Of a stretch of 64,000 nucleotides of DNA, positions 49,478-59,171 are shown one piece after another. Under the pieces are notes generated by a model that was not told the origin of the DNA, searched no databases, and saw nothing but the letters and a program-made list of their open reading frames with translations. The translations under genes and the position numbers were made by a program. This DNA is from an uncultured Bacillales bacterium (GTDB lineage: Bacteria > Bacillota_I > Bacilli_A > RFN20 > CAG-826): assembly GCA_946612115.1 (NCBI GenBank), contig CAMOEI010000001.1, positions 130,936-194,935 of the forward strand, written 5' to 3'. Position 1 is the first letter of the stretch, and the number at the start of each line of letters is the position of its first letter.

Positions 49478-50695
49478 ATGTCATATAGATACAAGAGAAT
49501 CTTTGTTATCGTCGCAGATTCAGCAGGAATCGGCTATGAACCTGATGCTCACAATTTTTATAATGGAGATCATGATGACTGGGGTAGTAACACCTTTGTT
49601 CACATCTCTGAAAAAATGCCTCATGGTTTAAATATTCCGAATATGAATGCGATTGGTATCCATGATTTAGATAATAACATCGTTGGAACTAGTAAAGTTA
49701 GTCATCCTCATTCTTACGTCGCTAGAGCTAGAGAAGCTAGTAACGGTAAGGACACGATGACTGGTCACTGGGAGATGATGGGTATAAATACCCAAGTTCC
49801 ATTTAAAACCTTCACCGATACCGGATTCCCTAAGGAATTAATCGATGAATTAGAAAGAAGAACTGGTCATAAAGTAATCGGCAATAAATCCGCTAGTGGA
49901 ACCGAGATTTTAAAAGAATTAGGCGAAGAACAAATGAGAGACAATTCTCTCATCGTCTATACATCTAGCGATTCTGTCTTACAAATCGCTGCCCATGAAA
50001 AAGTCACTGGAGTAGAAGAATTATATCGTTGCTGTGAAATTGCTCGAGAGATTTGTATGAAGCCAGAATGGATGGTTGGTAGAGTTATCGCTAGACCATA
50101 TATCGGCGATAATAAAGATAATTTCAAAAGAACGAGTAACCGTCACGATTTAGCTCTTAGACCAACTCTTCCAACAGTGATGAACGTCCTTCAAGATAAT
50201 GGCCTATTAACTAACTGCATTGGAAAAATCGGCGACATCTTTGATGGATATGGAGTTGGTAAGACTCAAAAGACCATTTCTAATGAGGACGGAATGGATA
50301 AAACCATTAAAGAATTAGTGGATGTTGATTTCACCGGATTATGCTTTGTTAACTTAGTGGAATTCGATAGTGAATACGGTCATAGAAGAAACCCAATCGG
50401 TTATGGAGAATGTTTAGAAAGATTTGATATCAGAGTGGGAGAATTCATGAAAAAGATGCATGATGATGATTTATTAATCATCACCGCAGACCACGGTAAC
50501 GATCCAACCTGGTGGGGAACAGATCACACCAGAGAAAAAATTCCATTATTGATGTATTCTCCAAGTATTAAAAACGGAAGATATCTCGAAGAAAGAGAGT
50601 GCTTCGGAGATGTTGGGGCGACAGTGTTAGAAAATTTCCACCTCAAACTTCCAAATAACTTAATTGGAAAACCAATCAAAGAATTATTCGAATAA
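49478..50695 (+). CDS. deoB: phosphopentomutase
   Basis: RIFVIVADSAGIG metal-binding N-terminus; alkaline-phosphatase-like core. 405 aa. Confidence 0.85.
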   Translation: MSYRYKRIFVIVADSAGIGYEPDAHNFYNGDHDDWGSNTFVHISEKMPHGLNIPNMNAIGIHDLDNNIVGTSKVSHPHSYVARAREASNGKDTMTGHWEMMGINTQVPFKTFTDTGFPKELIDELERRTGHKVIGNKSASGTEILKELGEEQMRDNSLIVYTSSDSVLQIAAHEKVTGVEELYRCCEIAREICMKPEWMVGRVIARPYIGDNKDNFKRTSNRHDLALRPTLPTVMNVLQDNGLLTNCIGKIGDIFDGYGVGKTQKTISNEDGMDKTIKELVDVDFTGLCFVNLVEFDSEYGHRRNPIGYGECLERFDIRVGEFMKKMHDDDLLIITADHGNDPTWWGTDHTREKIPLLMYSPSIKNGRYLEERECFGDVGATVLENFHLKLPNNLIGKPIKELFE

Positions 50696-50702
50696 GAAAA
50701 TA

Positions 50703-50728
50703 AGTGTCTAGGAAACTAGGCACTTTTA
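50703..50728. terminator. bidirectional terminator between convergent deoB and ABC permease genes
   Basis: agtgtctag-gaaa-ctaggcact hairpin flanked by A/T runs. Confidence 0.55.
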
Positions 50729-51486
50729 ATTTGAATAAATCTTTTAACGATATAAATAATCAAACTCACTATGAGCATTATTGCAATCGCAATAAATGAA
50801 TAGGCAAAAGTGGAGACAAGTCCATTATATTGATTAATAAACGAGACCGAAATCGCTCTACCTAAGCCATATACCGAAGAGGAAGAAGTAAGGACTTCCG
50901 CCATAATTTCGATTTTAAAAGATAAAGCAAAACTTGATACCAAACCCAAGGCGATATGTGGGAACGCTAGTGGTAATTTGATTTTAAAGTTATTTAAAAG
51001 GGCATTAGCGCTATCAACTCTCATAGCCATGAGTATTTGTGTGTCTAAATTAGAATAGCCGCTTATCGTGGCTTCATAAACCATTGGAAAGACAATGACC
51101 ATCACGATATATATCGGAGCGTTTTTAAAACCTACTAAAACCATCAATAAATAAACTAAAGCGGCAGTAGGAACTGCCTTCAAGGCAATCATCGTTGGAT
51201 TAAAGATATGTTTCATCTTTAGATGATTACCAACAATCATCCCTAAAATAATCGCTAAAATTGAGGAAATGGAGAATCCAATAAGCATTCTAGATAAAGA
51301 TCCCCATATGCATTTATATAAGTATGGGTCTCCAAAATAGGTGAACGCTTCCTTTAATGTGGTAATCGGACCAGGAAAAATTAGATTACTTTGACCAGCG
51401 GCAAAATATATGACGGTCCAGATTCCAAAAAATAGAAGGATTCCGAGTATTGAGAAAGTATATTTATTGATAAATAACTTCTTCAC
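50716..51486 (-). CDS. ABC transporter permease (binding-protein-dependent inner-membrane component, SsuC/TauC/NMT1-associated type)
   Basis: 6-TM permease with EAA-like loop. Overlaps the upstream SBP gene. Confidence 0.7.
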   Translation of the reverse strand: MKKLFINKYTFSILGILLFFGIWTVIYFAAGQSNLIFPGPITTLKEAFTYFGDPYLYKCIWGSLSRMLIGFSISSILAIILGMIVGNHLKMKHIFNPTMIALKAVPTAALVYLLMVLVGFKNAPIYIVMVIVFPMVYEATISGYSNLDTQILMAMRVDSANALLNNFKIKLPLAFPHIALGLVSSFALSFKIEIMAEVLTSSSSVYGLGRAISVSFINQYNGLVSTFAYSFIAIAIMLIVSLIIYIVKRFIQIKSA

Positions 51487-52417
51487 TTAATTCTCCATAA
51501 GTATTATTTGTGATGAGATTGACGAAATCTTGGATATCTTGTTTAGCATCTATCGCTTTGCGATAACCAAGTCCTAATCCGTTGTTATTGTTTTTGGTAG
51601 CTTTATAAATAACTTCAGCAGTGAAGCCCATCTTGTGTGCTTGTTCGGTTTCGCTTCCAAGTCCTTTAACATAGTTTCTTAAAGTGCCTGGAGTCTTTAA
51701 CCCCGCTTTAATATCACCTTCGATATTTTCCAAGAATTCATTAACCTTAGCCTTATCAGCATTTTTATTTACGAAGATTGACGCTTGCATGATTTGTTTA
51801 CCGCCACTTCTGATATTAAAAGCATCTCTAGCTGATTCATAAATCTTAGAAACACTATTAGTGTTTGTGACAATTGGTTCTGCGGTGAAGATATAATCGA
51901 GTTGAACAGTGGTGGTCTCGTCGACTTTATAATTTCCTCCGTTATTGATAGCCAGAGCGGTTTTATTGGCGGCGTCGACATCGTATAAATCTAATTCAAG
52001 ATTGCTATATAGATATTTAAAGACTTTGCCAGGGATATCAGTTGGTTGGAAATACATCACTTTATCTCCGTTATTTAAAACTCCATCATCATCTTTTCCG
52101 GTAGATAATAGATAGAAGTTTCCAAAGGAAACAGTTGCCGCAAGTAAGTAATTAGCGCCTTGTTTAATCTTTGTTAATCCTCCATGAGTTGGGGCGACAA
52201 TAATGTCATATTCATTAGTCATGAATTTAGGCATTAAAGCATTTTGTGGATCGGTTGTTGTTTCTAATGCATTTGCGTATCCAGATAACGCCACAGCAGG
52301 TGCACCTGTAGGGGCGAGCATTTTAAGATCTGTTTTATGGTAGGAAACATTGTTTCCAGTATTGGTACACGCTGATAATGTAGCGATTAATCCAAGTAAT
52401 AATAATTGTTTTTTCAT
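51464..52417 (-). CDS. ABC transporter substrate-binding lipoprotein (NMT1/SsuA-like)
   Basis: Lipobox signal peptide MKKQLLLLGLIATLSAC. Periplasmic binding fold. Confidence 0.7.
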   Translation of the reverse strand: MKKQLLLLGLIATLSACTNTGNNVSYHKTDLKMLAPTGAPAVALSGYANALETTTDPQNALMPKFMTNEYDIIVAPTHGGLTKIKQGANYLLAATVSFGNFYLLSTGKDDDGVLNNGDKVMYFQPTDIPGKVFKYLYSNLELDLYDVDAANKTALAINNGGNYKVDETTTVQLDYIFTAEPIVTNTNSVSKIYESARDAFNIRSGGKQIMQASIFVNKNADKAKVNEFLENIEGDIKAGLKTPGTLRNYVKGLGSETEQAHKMGFTAEVIYKATKNNNNGLGLGYRKAIDAKQDIQDFVNLITNNTYGELSEEVIYQ

Positions 52418-52464
52418 AGTTTTTTTACCTCGTTGTTATTTTACATAAATAACTATATAATAAG

Positions 52465-52480
52465 TGTGATTTAAATCACG
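52465..52480. promoter_or_regulatory. CRP/FNR-type operator TGTGA-N6-TCACg in the divergent SBP / crp-like intergenic region
   Basis: TGTGATTTAAATCACG matches the TGTGA-N6-TCACA consensus in 9 of 10 arm positions. It overlaps a TATAAT -10 box (52456-52461) and ends 4 nt before the Crp/Fnr gene ATG. About 48-63 nt upstream of the SBP start on the opposite strand. Confidence 0.55.
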
Positions 52481-52483
52481 CAT

Positions 52484-53083
52484 ATGGAAAATATTCTCTT
52501 ATCCTTATCAAAAGAAGAACTTAAAAGTCTCAAAATAGTGGAACTCCATAAAGGAACAACTCTATTTTTAGAAGGTGACGAGTGTAAAAATGTCGGAATA
52601 GTTAAATCTGGTGAGTTGATAATTAAGTCATTTTTAAAAAGTGGAAAAGAGATTACATATAATGTAATAGAACCTGGTTCAATGTTTGGCAATAATTTAA
52701 TTTTCTCTTCGACGCCTAAATATCGAGGAGACGTTGTTGCCGAAAAAGATTCAGAAATATATCTTTTGAGCAAAGAAACATTGTTAGGACTGTTATCAAA
52801 AAATCAAAAATTCCTTTTAGCGTATCTGAATTATCAATCAGATTTTTCTAAGTCGCTCAATTTACAGATCAAATTATTGAGTTTAGACTCCGCAGAAGAC
52901 AGATTTGAATATTATCTTACATTTAATAAAAATATAATTAGATATAAAAGCATCTCTGAATTAGCTAGAAGATTGTTTTTATCTAGAGAAACATTAAGTA
53001 GATTAATTAGTCAGATGAGCAAAAATAAAGTTATTCATATTAAAGATAAAACAATCACGCTCATGGTGGATAAACAAAATTAG
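52484..53083 (+). CDS. Crp/Fnr family transcriptional regulator
   Basis: N-terminal cNMP-binding beta-roll (LFLEGDECKNVGIVKSGEL) and C-terminal HTH (SISELARRLFLSRETLSRLISQM). Confidence 0.8.
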   Translation: MENILLSLSKEELKSLKIVELHKGTTLFLEGDECKNVGIVKSGELIIKSFLKSGKEITYNVIEPGSMFGNNLIFSSTPKYRGDVVAEKDSEIYLLSKETLLGLLSKNQKFLLAYLNYQSDFSKSLNLQIKLLSLDSAEDRFEYYLTFNKNIIRYKSISELARRLFLSRETLSRLISQMSKNKVIHIKDKTITLMVDKQN

Positions 53084-53097
53084 TAGATAATTAGTAG
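53080..53097 (-). repeat. two TTAGTAG (reverse complement CTACTAA) heptamers phased 11 bp at the Crp/Fnr gene stop
   Basis: TTAGTAG at 53080 and at 53091. Related to the TACTAAT arrays elsewhere in the window. Confidence 0.4.
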
Positions 53098-53107
53098 GTG
53101 GAAAATT

Positions 53108-53140
53108 CCAGGGAATGTGGAAAATTTCCCTGGTTTTTAT
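53108..53140 (+). terminator. rho-independent terminator after Crp/Fnr gene
   Basis: ccagggaa-tgtggaaaat-ttccctgg followed by tttttatttg. Confidence 0.65.
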
Positions 53141-53263
53141 TTGTGTGAATATGTCCAAATACTTAAAATTATATTGTTTTCTATTTCCTTATACTTTGTA
53201 TACTTTTACTTTTAGTTAACATAATGGTAATTATGCGAAGTTATTATATTTGAGATAAAGAAA

Positions 53264-53293
53264 GGATGTGAATTGCCCACATCCATTCTTTTT
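53264..53293. terminator. terminator hairpin downstream of nadD/yqeK (readable on both strands)
   Basis: ggatgtg-aattgcc-cacatcc followed by attcttttt on +; preceded by a T-rich stretch on the - strand. Confidence 0.5.
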
Positions 53294-53313
53294 AGCCAAT
53301 TACGCTTTCGCTT

Positions 53314-54408
53314 CTAGAGATAATAATCTTTTAAACAGGCTAGCGTTAATCTATTTCTATAATCGATTCTATGTCGATCATAATATTCAATATTGCTTGT
53401 CATTACAGCTTTAAAGCCATCTTTTAAACTACTTTCCATAGCATTTATTAGTGATTTTGAGTTAAATCCGCGAGTTGGTTCTATTTTATCTGCACAATAC
53501 ACTATTCTTGCTACCTCAGAGATGTTTCCATTACCTGTCGTGTGGAATTTTATAGCCTCTAAGACCACCGGATCTTTGACTCCGAACTCCTTTTCGGCTA
53601 AATATGCACCAACAAATTGATGATAAAGGTCTTCTTGGATATCCAAATACTCAGGAAAATATTTTTCCACTATTTTGTTTTGCTCTACTTGAGGCATTTC
53701 TTTGCCAACATCATGTAATAAAGCAGCCAAATATGCCTTCTTAGCGTCTTTTAATCCATTTGCTAATGCAATCTCGTAAGACAATCTAGCAACGCTCATA
53801 GAGTGAGTAAAACGATATTCATTCATCATCGTACTTATTTTATTAATAAAATAAAGTTTATGGTCAATCATGTAGTTAATCACAGAATCAGTAGTTTCTA
53901 AAGATGAACCATTTCTAATTTCTGTGGAACTAATATCAATGTCTTCGCCTTTTACCGCCTTCATATTGAAGCGCTTTATATTAGTGGCAAGTTCTTCGCT
54001 ATTTAGACGGCCATAATAAATAACCTGCGCTAATTTAGCAATCTCATCAGCGTCTTTCCATCTATGGAAACTATCAACTTGATCTCCGCCAATTAGAAGA
54101 AAGAGTTTATCTTCTGGATACATTTCTTTGAAATGTTTAACTGTATCTATCGAATAATTTACATCATTAGGAAGCTTAGCTTCGTAATCCGAAACAAAGA
54201 AAGTATTTTCCTCGCCAAAATCTTTAATGGCAAGTTCCACCATTTTGAGTTTATCTTCTATTGGTGCGCTTTCATTTTTCCAAACAGAAATCTTTGCAGG
54301 AATAAAAAAGACAACTGCATCAAATTGCTCACTTGCCTTTTTTGCCATATTTAAGTGGCCTAGATGAATTGGATCAAAGGCCCCACCGAATAAAATGATA
54401 TTTTTCAT
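53314..54408 (-). CDS. nadD: nicotinate-nucleotide adenylyltransferase fused to HD-domain phosphohydrolase YqeK
   Basis: N-terminal (H/T)xGH nucleotidyltransferase motif FGGAFDPIHLGHL. C-terminal HD domain (LHDVGKE.., YCADKIEP). 364 aa. Confidence 0.8.
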   Translation of the reverse strand: MKNIILFGGAFDPIHLGHLNMAKKASEQFDAVVFFIPAKISVWKNESAPIEDKLKMVELAIKDFGEENTFFVSDYEAKLPNDVNYSIDTVKHFKEMYPEDKLFLLIGGDQVDSFHRWKDADEIAKLAQVIYYGRLNSEELATNIKRFNMKAVKGEDIDISSTEIRNGSSLETTDSVINYMIDHKLYFINKISTMMNEYRFTHSMSVARLSYEIALANGLKDAKKAYLAALLHDVGKEMPQVEQNKIVEKYFPEYLDIQEDLYHQFVGAYLAEKEFGVKDPVVLEAIKFHTTGNGNISEVARIVYCADKIEPTRGFNSKSLINAMESSLKDGFKAVMTSNIEYYDRHRIDYRNRLTLACLKDYYL

Positions 54409-54702
54409 TTATTTCTTAAGTTTGATTTTTGGATTTTCTTTATTCCTACGGAATAAAATGATGACTCTTCCCACCATGCTGACAACTTCAGCATTCAACT
54501 TACTAGATAAATCTAAAGTTAACTCCATAATTGGAGTGGTCGCCGATTTTAAAACCTCCACTCTAATGAGTTCTCTAGCAGTAAGTGCTTTATCTAATAC
54601 ATCAATAAGGGCGTTGGTGACTTCACTTTTACCGACTTGATATTTTGTTTTATCAGTAGCAATAATCGCTCTTAATTGAGCTTTTTCGGATTTACTAAGC
54701 AT
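54409..54702 (-). CDS. yhbY: RNA-binding CRS1/YhbY (YqeI) domain protein
   Basis: 97 aa. KSEKAQLRAI...VGKSEVTNAL..ARELIRVEVL is the YhbY fold. Confidence 0.8.
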   Translation of the reverse strand: MLSKSEKAQLRAIIATDKTKYQVGKSEVTNALIDVLDKALTARELIRVEVLKSATTPIMELTLDLSSKLNAEVVSMVGRVIILFRRNKENPKIKLKK

Positions 54703-54703
54703 T

Positions 54704-55840
54704 TTATCTCACCTTAGATAAACATTCCTTCACGGCTACGCCTTTAGGGAGAAGGATCCTGATCTTTTGTCCTCTTCCTCTTAAAGAGAACCATCCTAAA
54801 CCTTCAACAGCAATATCATGTCTTAAATCATCGCTTTCAAGGTCGTATTCAAACATATCGTAGTCTCTAAAGGAGACAAAACGATCACTTGCAGGTTTTA
54901 AGTTCTTTCTTTTTCTAATGCTTTCAAGCATATCGTCAACTTTTTCAATTGAAGTTACTTTTAATTCAGCCTTTTCTGAGGTGAAACAACGCACAGATGT
55001 GTATTTGCCTTTCACGAGGTAGAAACAAGCAAGGTTGCCAACTAAAATTGCGCTTCCACCGGCGATAAATTTTCTGGTCATGTTCACTTCTTTTTTAGGA
55101 GTGATAACAGATTGAACTGATTTTTCAACCTTAGAAAGAACACTCGTGGAATCGCTTAAGTCCGGTAATTCATAGAAGAAACTAGAATTGGAAAGAGGAA
55201 TTTCTAATACATTAGAAGCTGTTCCTGGATATAATTCAGTTTTAATTTGCCATTTGGTTTTATTGACATAGTTCTTAAGTAAGCGATTGATAAATGTGGT
55301 TTTACCACTATTTAAATCACCGATAAGGTAGACATCTCTGCCTCTTCTTTCTTCATTAATCTTTTTAAGATTACTGTTGATGTCTTCATTGTCATTATTA
55401 CCAATTAAGCGAATGCTAATTGGGTTAATTCCAACTTCTGAGAATCTCTCATCGAGATATCTGATGAGCATTTCATCAGTGACATTTGAAGGGAATAAGT
55501 CTCTTTTAGAACCAAGGACAACAATGTCTAATTTCTTAATTTTCTTTGCGACATCAGGGTTTAATGTGCCATTAAATGAGAATAAATCAACAATCCAGAC
55601 GATAAGAGCATCTGTCGCAACAGCGTCTTTTAAGATTTTGAGGATATCTTTATCGGTTTCATGATCAAGATTTGAACCATTAAGCTCAAGCATCTTTTCA
55701 TAACATGAGTTACAGTATGGGATTTTTGGAACACCATTTTCAACGATGTTACGCGAAATAAAACCAGGAAGTTTCTTACTATCTGTTTGTAAGATAGCTC
55801 CACAGTTATGACATCTAAGAACTCTTTTTGCCACTGCCAT
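54704..55840 (-). CDS. yqeH: ribosome biogenesis GTPase YqeH (circularly permuted GTPase with N-terminal zinc ribbon)
   Basis: Start trimmed to MAVAKRVLRCHNCGAIL (Cys4 zinc finger), with GGAGG 10 nt upstream; the ORF track extends it to 55948, overlapping yqeG. G4-G1-G3 permuted order (LGSKRDL ... GDLNSGKTTFIN). Confidence 0.8.
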   Translation of the reverse strand: MAVAKRVLRCHNCGAILQTDSKKLPGFISRNIVENGVPKIPYCNSCYEKMLELNGSNLDHETDKDILKILKDAVATDALIVWIVDLFSFNGTLNPDVAKKIKKLDIVVLGSKRDLFPSNVTDEMLIRYLDERFSEVGINPISIRLIGNNDNEDINSNLKKINEERRGRDVYLIGDLNSGKTTFINRLLKNYVNKTKWQIKTELYPGTASNVLEIPLSNSSFFYELPDLSDSTSVLSKVEKSVQSVITPKKEVNMTRKFIAGGSAILVGNLACFYLVKGKYTSVRCFTSEKAELKVTSIEKVDDMLESIRKRKNLKPASDRFVSFRDYDMFEYDLESDDLRHDIAVEGLGWFSLRGRGQKIRILLPKGVAVKECLSKVR

Positions 55841-55841
55841 A

Positions 55842-56363
55842 TTATTTGTTCCTCCAATCCACGAGATTGCCTCTTTTTTTGTGATATTTTCTAATCGGTC
55901 TATCAAATAGACGATTAAAGTGTGTAGTAATTTGGTCTTCTTTAACAATCTTTTCTGTAAGAACGACCTTAATATTTGCTCCTCTGCCCGCCAATACGTC
56001 CGTCATCATCTGATCGCCGACGAGCATGACTTCGTTAGGATCGAGATTACGTTTAGACATCTCGGCTTTGATTCTCCTAGAAAATGGTTTTCTAGCCGAT
56101 GCTAAGAATTCGATACCGAGTTCATTAGCATAACCGCTAACACGGTTAGGGCGGTTGTTTGAGATAATAATTGGCTTAATCCCGTTTTCAATCAAACCTT
56201 TAACATAGTTAATTGTTCTTTCTTGAGGATGTTTGGCTTTAAACGAATCAAGCGTGTTATCTAGATCCATAAAAAGCGTCTTGATTCCATTCCTTTTGTA
56301 GAAATCGTATTCAATTTCGTAAATTGAAGCCGAATGTGCAAATGGAATGAATTTTTTAAACAT
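55842..56363 (-). CDS. yqeG: YqeG-family HAD phosphatase
   Basis: HAD motif I FMDLDNTL, motif III/IV (VGDQMMTDV). 173 aa. Confidence 0.8.
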   Translation of the reverse strand: MFKKFIPFAHSASIYEIEYDFYKRNGIKTLFMDLDNTLDSFKAKHPQERTINYVKGLIENGIKPIIISNNRPNRVSGYANELGIEFLASARKPFSRRIKAEMSKRNLDPNEVMLVGDQMMTDVLAGRGANIKVVLTEKIVKEDQITTHFNRLFDRPIRKYHKKRGNLVDWRNK

Positions 56364-56471
56364 ATTAAACCTAATATTGATTGTAAACGAAAAAGTCCTA
56401 TTTTAATAGACTTTTAATTAAAAACATCACTTTAATTTTCTTATATAAAGAAAAAAGTAGTCAATTATTTA

Positions 56472-56500
56472 TACTAATTAACTACTAATTTTCTACTAAT
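56472..56500 (+). repeat. three perfect TACTAAT heptamers with exact 11-bp phasing
   Basis: TACTAAT at 56472, 56483 and 56494, in the AT-rich gap between the parC stop (56527) and the yqeG start (56363). Confidence 0.65.
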
Positions 56501-56526
56501 AAAATCTTATAATATAATTAATTATA

Positions 56527-59169
56527 TTAGTCGTCTAGATCATCAAAGATTGAGATCTGTTCGAAGGTTGTTTCTTCCTTTTTTTCTGGTTTATTTTCAA
56601 TCTTGATTTCTTCAGCTTCTTCGGTCTCATTTTCCGCTATCTCTTCATCTAATGGTTTAGCTGTTTCTTTGACTAAAATTGGATGTGAGATATTGTCCTT
56701 ACCAATATTTTCGATATTGGTGTCAAAAGCAAAGGAGATTGATTGTTTTGCTAATACCTCATCAATGTTCTTCTTGGCGTATTGAGCTTCTGTATTCTTT
56801 AAATCATCGAGAACCAAAGTCTTTGTAGTACGGTCATTAAGATAAAGATTTATCTTAAGAGGTTCATCTTTATAAACCTTTAATACAGAGATAATGTTGT
56901 GTGGCTCACCTTTGAAACATTGTAAGATAGTTTGCGGTTTACCTAATCTATTCGTGCGTGTGAATTTATTAATATCAGTTACACGCATATGCGCTTTATT
57001 TGTCAAAAGAACAATTTTATTGTTCTTATCTTCCTCGTCGAAAGATAATAGACCTGCTAAGTAGGCATTACCTAATCCAGAGAAGGATTTAACTCCACCG
57101 GCTTTGCTTCCTAAAACAGTAAGCTCGTTTTCGTTGAATAATGAACATCTACCATTATTAGTTACAACTAATAAATCACTGTTTCCGGAGATTAATCTAA
57201 TTCCAACAATCGAATCTCTAGATAAGAGTTTCATGTATTTGACTGGACGAGAATGTTTAGATAAATCAAGCGAAGAAACCGCCATTCTCTTAATTTGACC
57301 AAACTTGGTCAAGATAGCGAGATATAAATCATCACGTTTTTCGCTTAAAGACATAACCTTGATGATTTTTTCTCCACTAGCTAATGTTGTAAATTCATTA
57401 ACGTGGCTCCCTTCATCTTTCCATTTAGTGTCTGTCAATTTATGAACAGGGATGGTCAAATAGTTTCCTTGATTTGTAAAACAAATCAAATAATCGGTTG
57501 TCATCGCTTTGCCGATTCCAACTAACATATCCCCATCTTTTAAGCCTGGTAGATCACCATTACTAGAAGAATAGCTTCTAATTGAGCTACGTTTCAAATA
57601 ACCATCATAACTAACAGAAACCATAACTTCTTCTTTGGCGATAAGCTCACGCTTATCAATTTCTTTAGTTTCGCCCTTTTCAATTATTTGAGTTCTTCTT
57701 TCGTCCCCATATTTTTCTGCAACAGCTTTTAAATCTTTGATTAAAACTCTATTGAGTTTTGCAGGATCTTCAAGAATTCCAGTTAAGGTTTCGATTTCTT
57801 TACTTAATTGTTTCTTTTCAGCTTCTAAAGTTAACTCATCAGTGTGGCTTAACTTATATAAAGGCATGGTCACAATTGCTTCAGCTTGTTCGTTAGATAA
57901 ACCGTATTTAGCAATTAAGTTGACCTTACTATCGGCCTTGTCTTTACTCTTTTTAATGATCTCGACAACCTCGTTGATGTTAAGGCTTGCTAAGATTAAT
58001 CCTTCAACGATATGAAGTCTATCTTGGCACTTCTTTAAATCATATTTACTCTTGCGAGTAACAACATCAACTTGGTGAGCAATATAAGCATCAACATAGT
58101 CGAGTAAATTTAATGTTCTAGGACGTCCATCAACAATCGCCACCATGTTTGCGGTATATCCACAGACAAGGTTCGTCTTCTTCATTAAATATTGTAAAAT
58201 CAAGTCCGCTTTCGCGTTCTTTTTAACGTCTATAACGATTCTGATTCCCTTGTAATCAGATTCATCTCTAACTTCAATAATTCCATCAATCGCTTTAGAG
58301 TGACGAATCTTATCAATTTCGAAAACTAATTGAATTTTCACCACTTTATAAGGAATTTCTGTGATGATAATTTGATTGCAATCTTTTTGTTCGACAATTT
58401 CAGTTTTGCCTGCAACTTCAATTCTTCCTCTTCCAGTTAAATAGATTGATTTGAGTCCTTCAGACTCATAAATAAATCCACCGCCTGGAAAATCAGGACC
58501 TTTAACAAATTCCATGAGCTCTTCACAAGTTGCAGTCTTGTGTCCAATACGATAAACAACGGCATCAATAACCTCCTTGAGGTTATGTGGTGGAATTTCA
58601 GTCGCTAAAGCAACCGCAATACCTTCAGTTCCGTTAACGAGTAAATTTGGGAATCTAGAAGGCAAAACAACTGGTTCGAATTCTGTATCATCGAAGTTAA
58701 GCTGCATATCTACAGTGTCTTTTTCGATATCTCTTACTAATTCGTTAGAAAGCTCACTTAATCTACTTTCAGTATAACGATAAGCTGCTGGAGAATCTCC
58801 ATCGATCGAACCATTATTACCTTGGAAGTCAATTAATGGGGCTCTCACTTTCCAATCTTGGCTCATTCTGGCTAACGCTTCATAAATTGAAGTATCGCCA
58901 TGTGGGTGATAAGTACCCATAACAGCACCAACTGTGTGAGCACATTTTTTTGTTGGTTTGTTAAAAGTGTTTCCACTTTTATACATTGAGAAAATAATAC
59001 GTCTTTGAACTGGTTTTAATCCATCTCTAACATCTGGGATAGCACGATCTTGGATGACATATTTAGCATAAGTTGCATATCTATCACCCATGACATCTTC
59101 AAGGGTTTCAACCGAAATATTCTCTTCGAATAAATCTTCTTGGACAGGAACTTCTTTTTTTCTTGCCAT
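56527..59169 (-). CDS. parC: type II topoisomerase A subunit; assigned topoisomerase IV ParC (GyrA not excluded)
   Basis: Catalytic Tyr region (..AAYRYTE), WHD/tower domains, beta-pinwheel C-terminal domain, acidic tail. Adjacent to a B subunit and divergent plsY, as in B. subtilis plsY-parE-parC. Confidence 0.7.
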   Translation of the reverse strand: MARKKEVPVQEDLFEENISVETLEDVMGDRYATYAKYVIQDRAIPDVRDGLKPVQRRIIFSMYKSGNTFNKPTKKCAHTVGAVMGTYHPHGDTSIYEALARMSQDWKVRAPLIDFQGNNGSIDGDSPAAYRYTESRLSELSNELVRDIEKDTVDMQLNFDDTEFEPVVLPSRFPNLLVNGTEGIAVALATEIPPHNLKEVIDAVVYRIGHKTATCEELMEFVKGPDFPGGGFIYESEGLKSIYLTGRGRIEVAGKTEIVEQKDCNQIIITEIPYKVVKIQLVFEIDKIRHSKAIDGIIEVRDESDYKGIRIVIDVKKNAKADLILQYLMKKTNLVCGYTANMVAIVDGRPRTLNLLDYVDAYIAHQVDVVTRKSKYDLKKCQDRLHIVEGLILASLNINEVVEIIKKSKDKADSKVNLIAKYGLSNEQAEAIVTMPLYKLSHTDELTLEAEKKQLSKEIETLTGILEDPAKLNRVLIKDLKAVAEKYGDERRTQIIEKGETKEIDKRELIAKEEVMVSVSYDGYLKRSSIRSYSSSNGDLPGLKDGDMLVGIGKAMTTDYLICFTNQGNYLTIPVHKLTDTKWKDEGSHVNEFTTLASGEKIIKVMSLSEKRDDLYLAILTKFGQIKRMAVSSLDLSKHSRPVKYMKLLSRDSIVGIRLISGNSDLLVVTNNGRCSLFNENELTVLGSKAGGVKSFSGLGNAYLAGLLSFDEEDKNNKIVLLTNKAHMRVTDINKFTRTNRLGKPQTILQCFKGEPHNIISVLKVYKDEPLKINLYLNDRTTKTLVLDDLKNTEAQYAKKNIDEVLAKQSISFAFDTNIENIGKDNISHPILVKETAKPLDEEIAENETEEAEEIKIENKPEKKEETTFEQISIFDDLDD

Positions 59170-59171
59170 AA

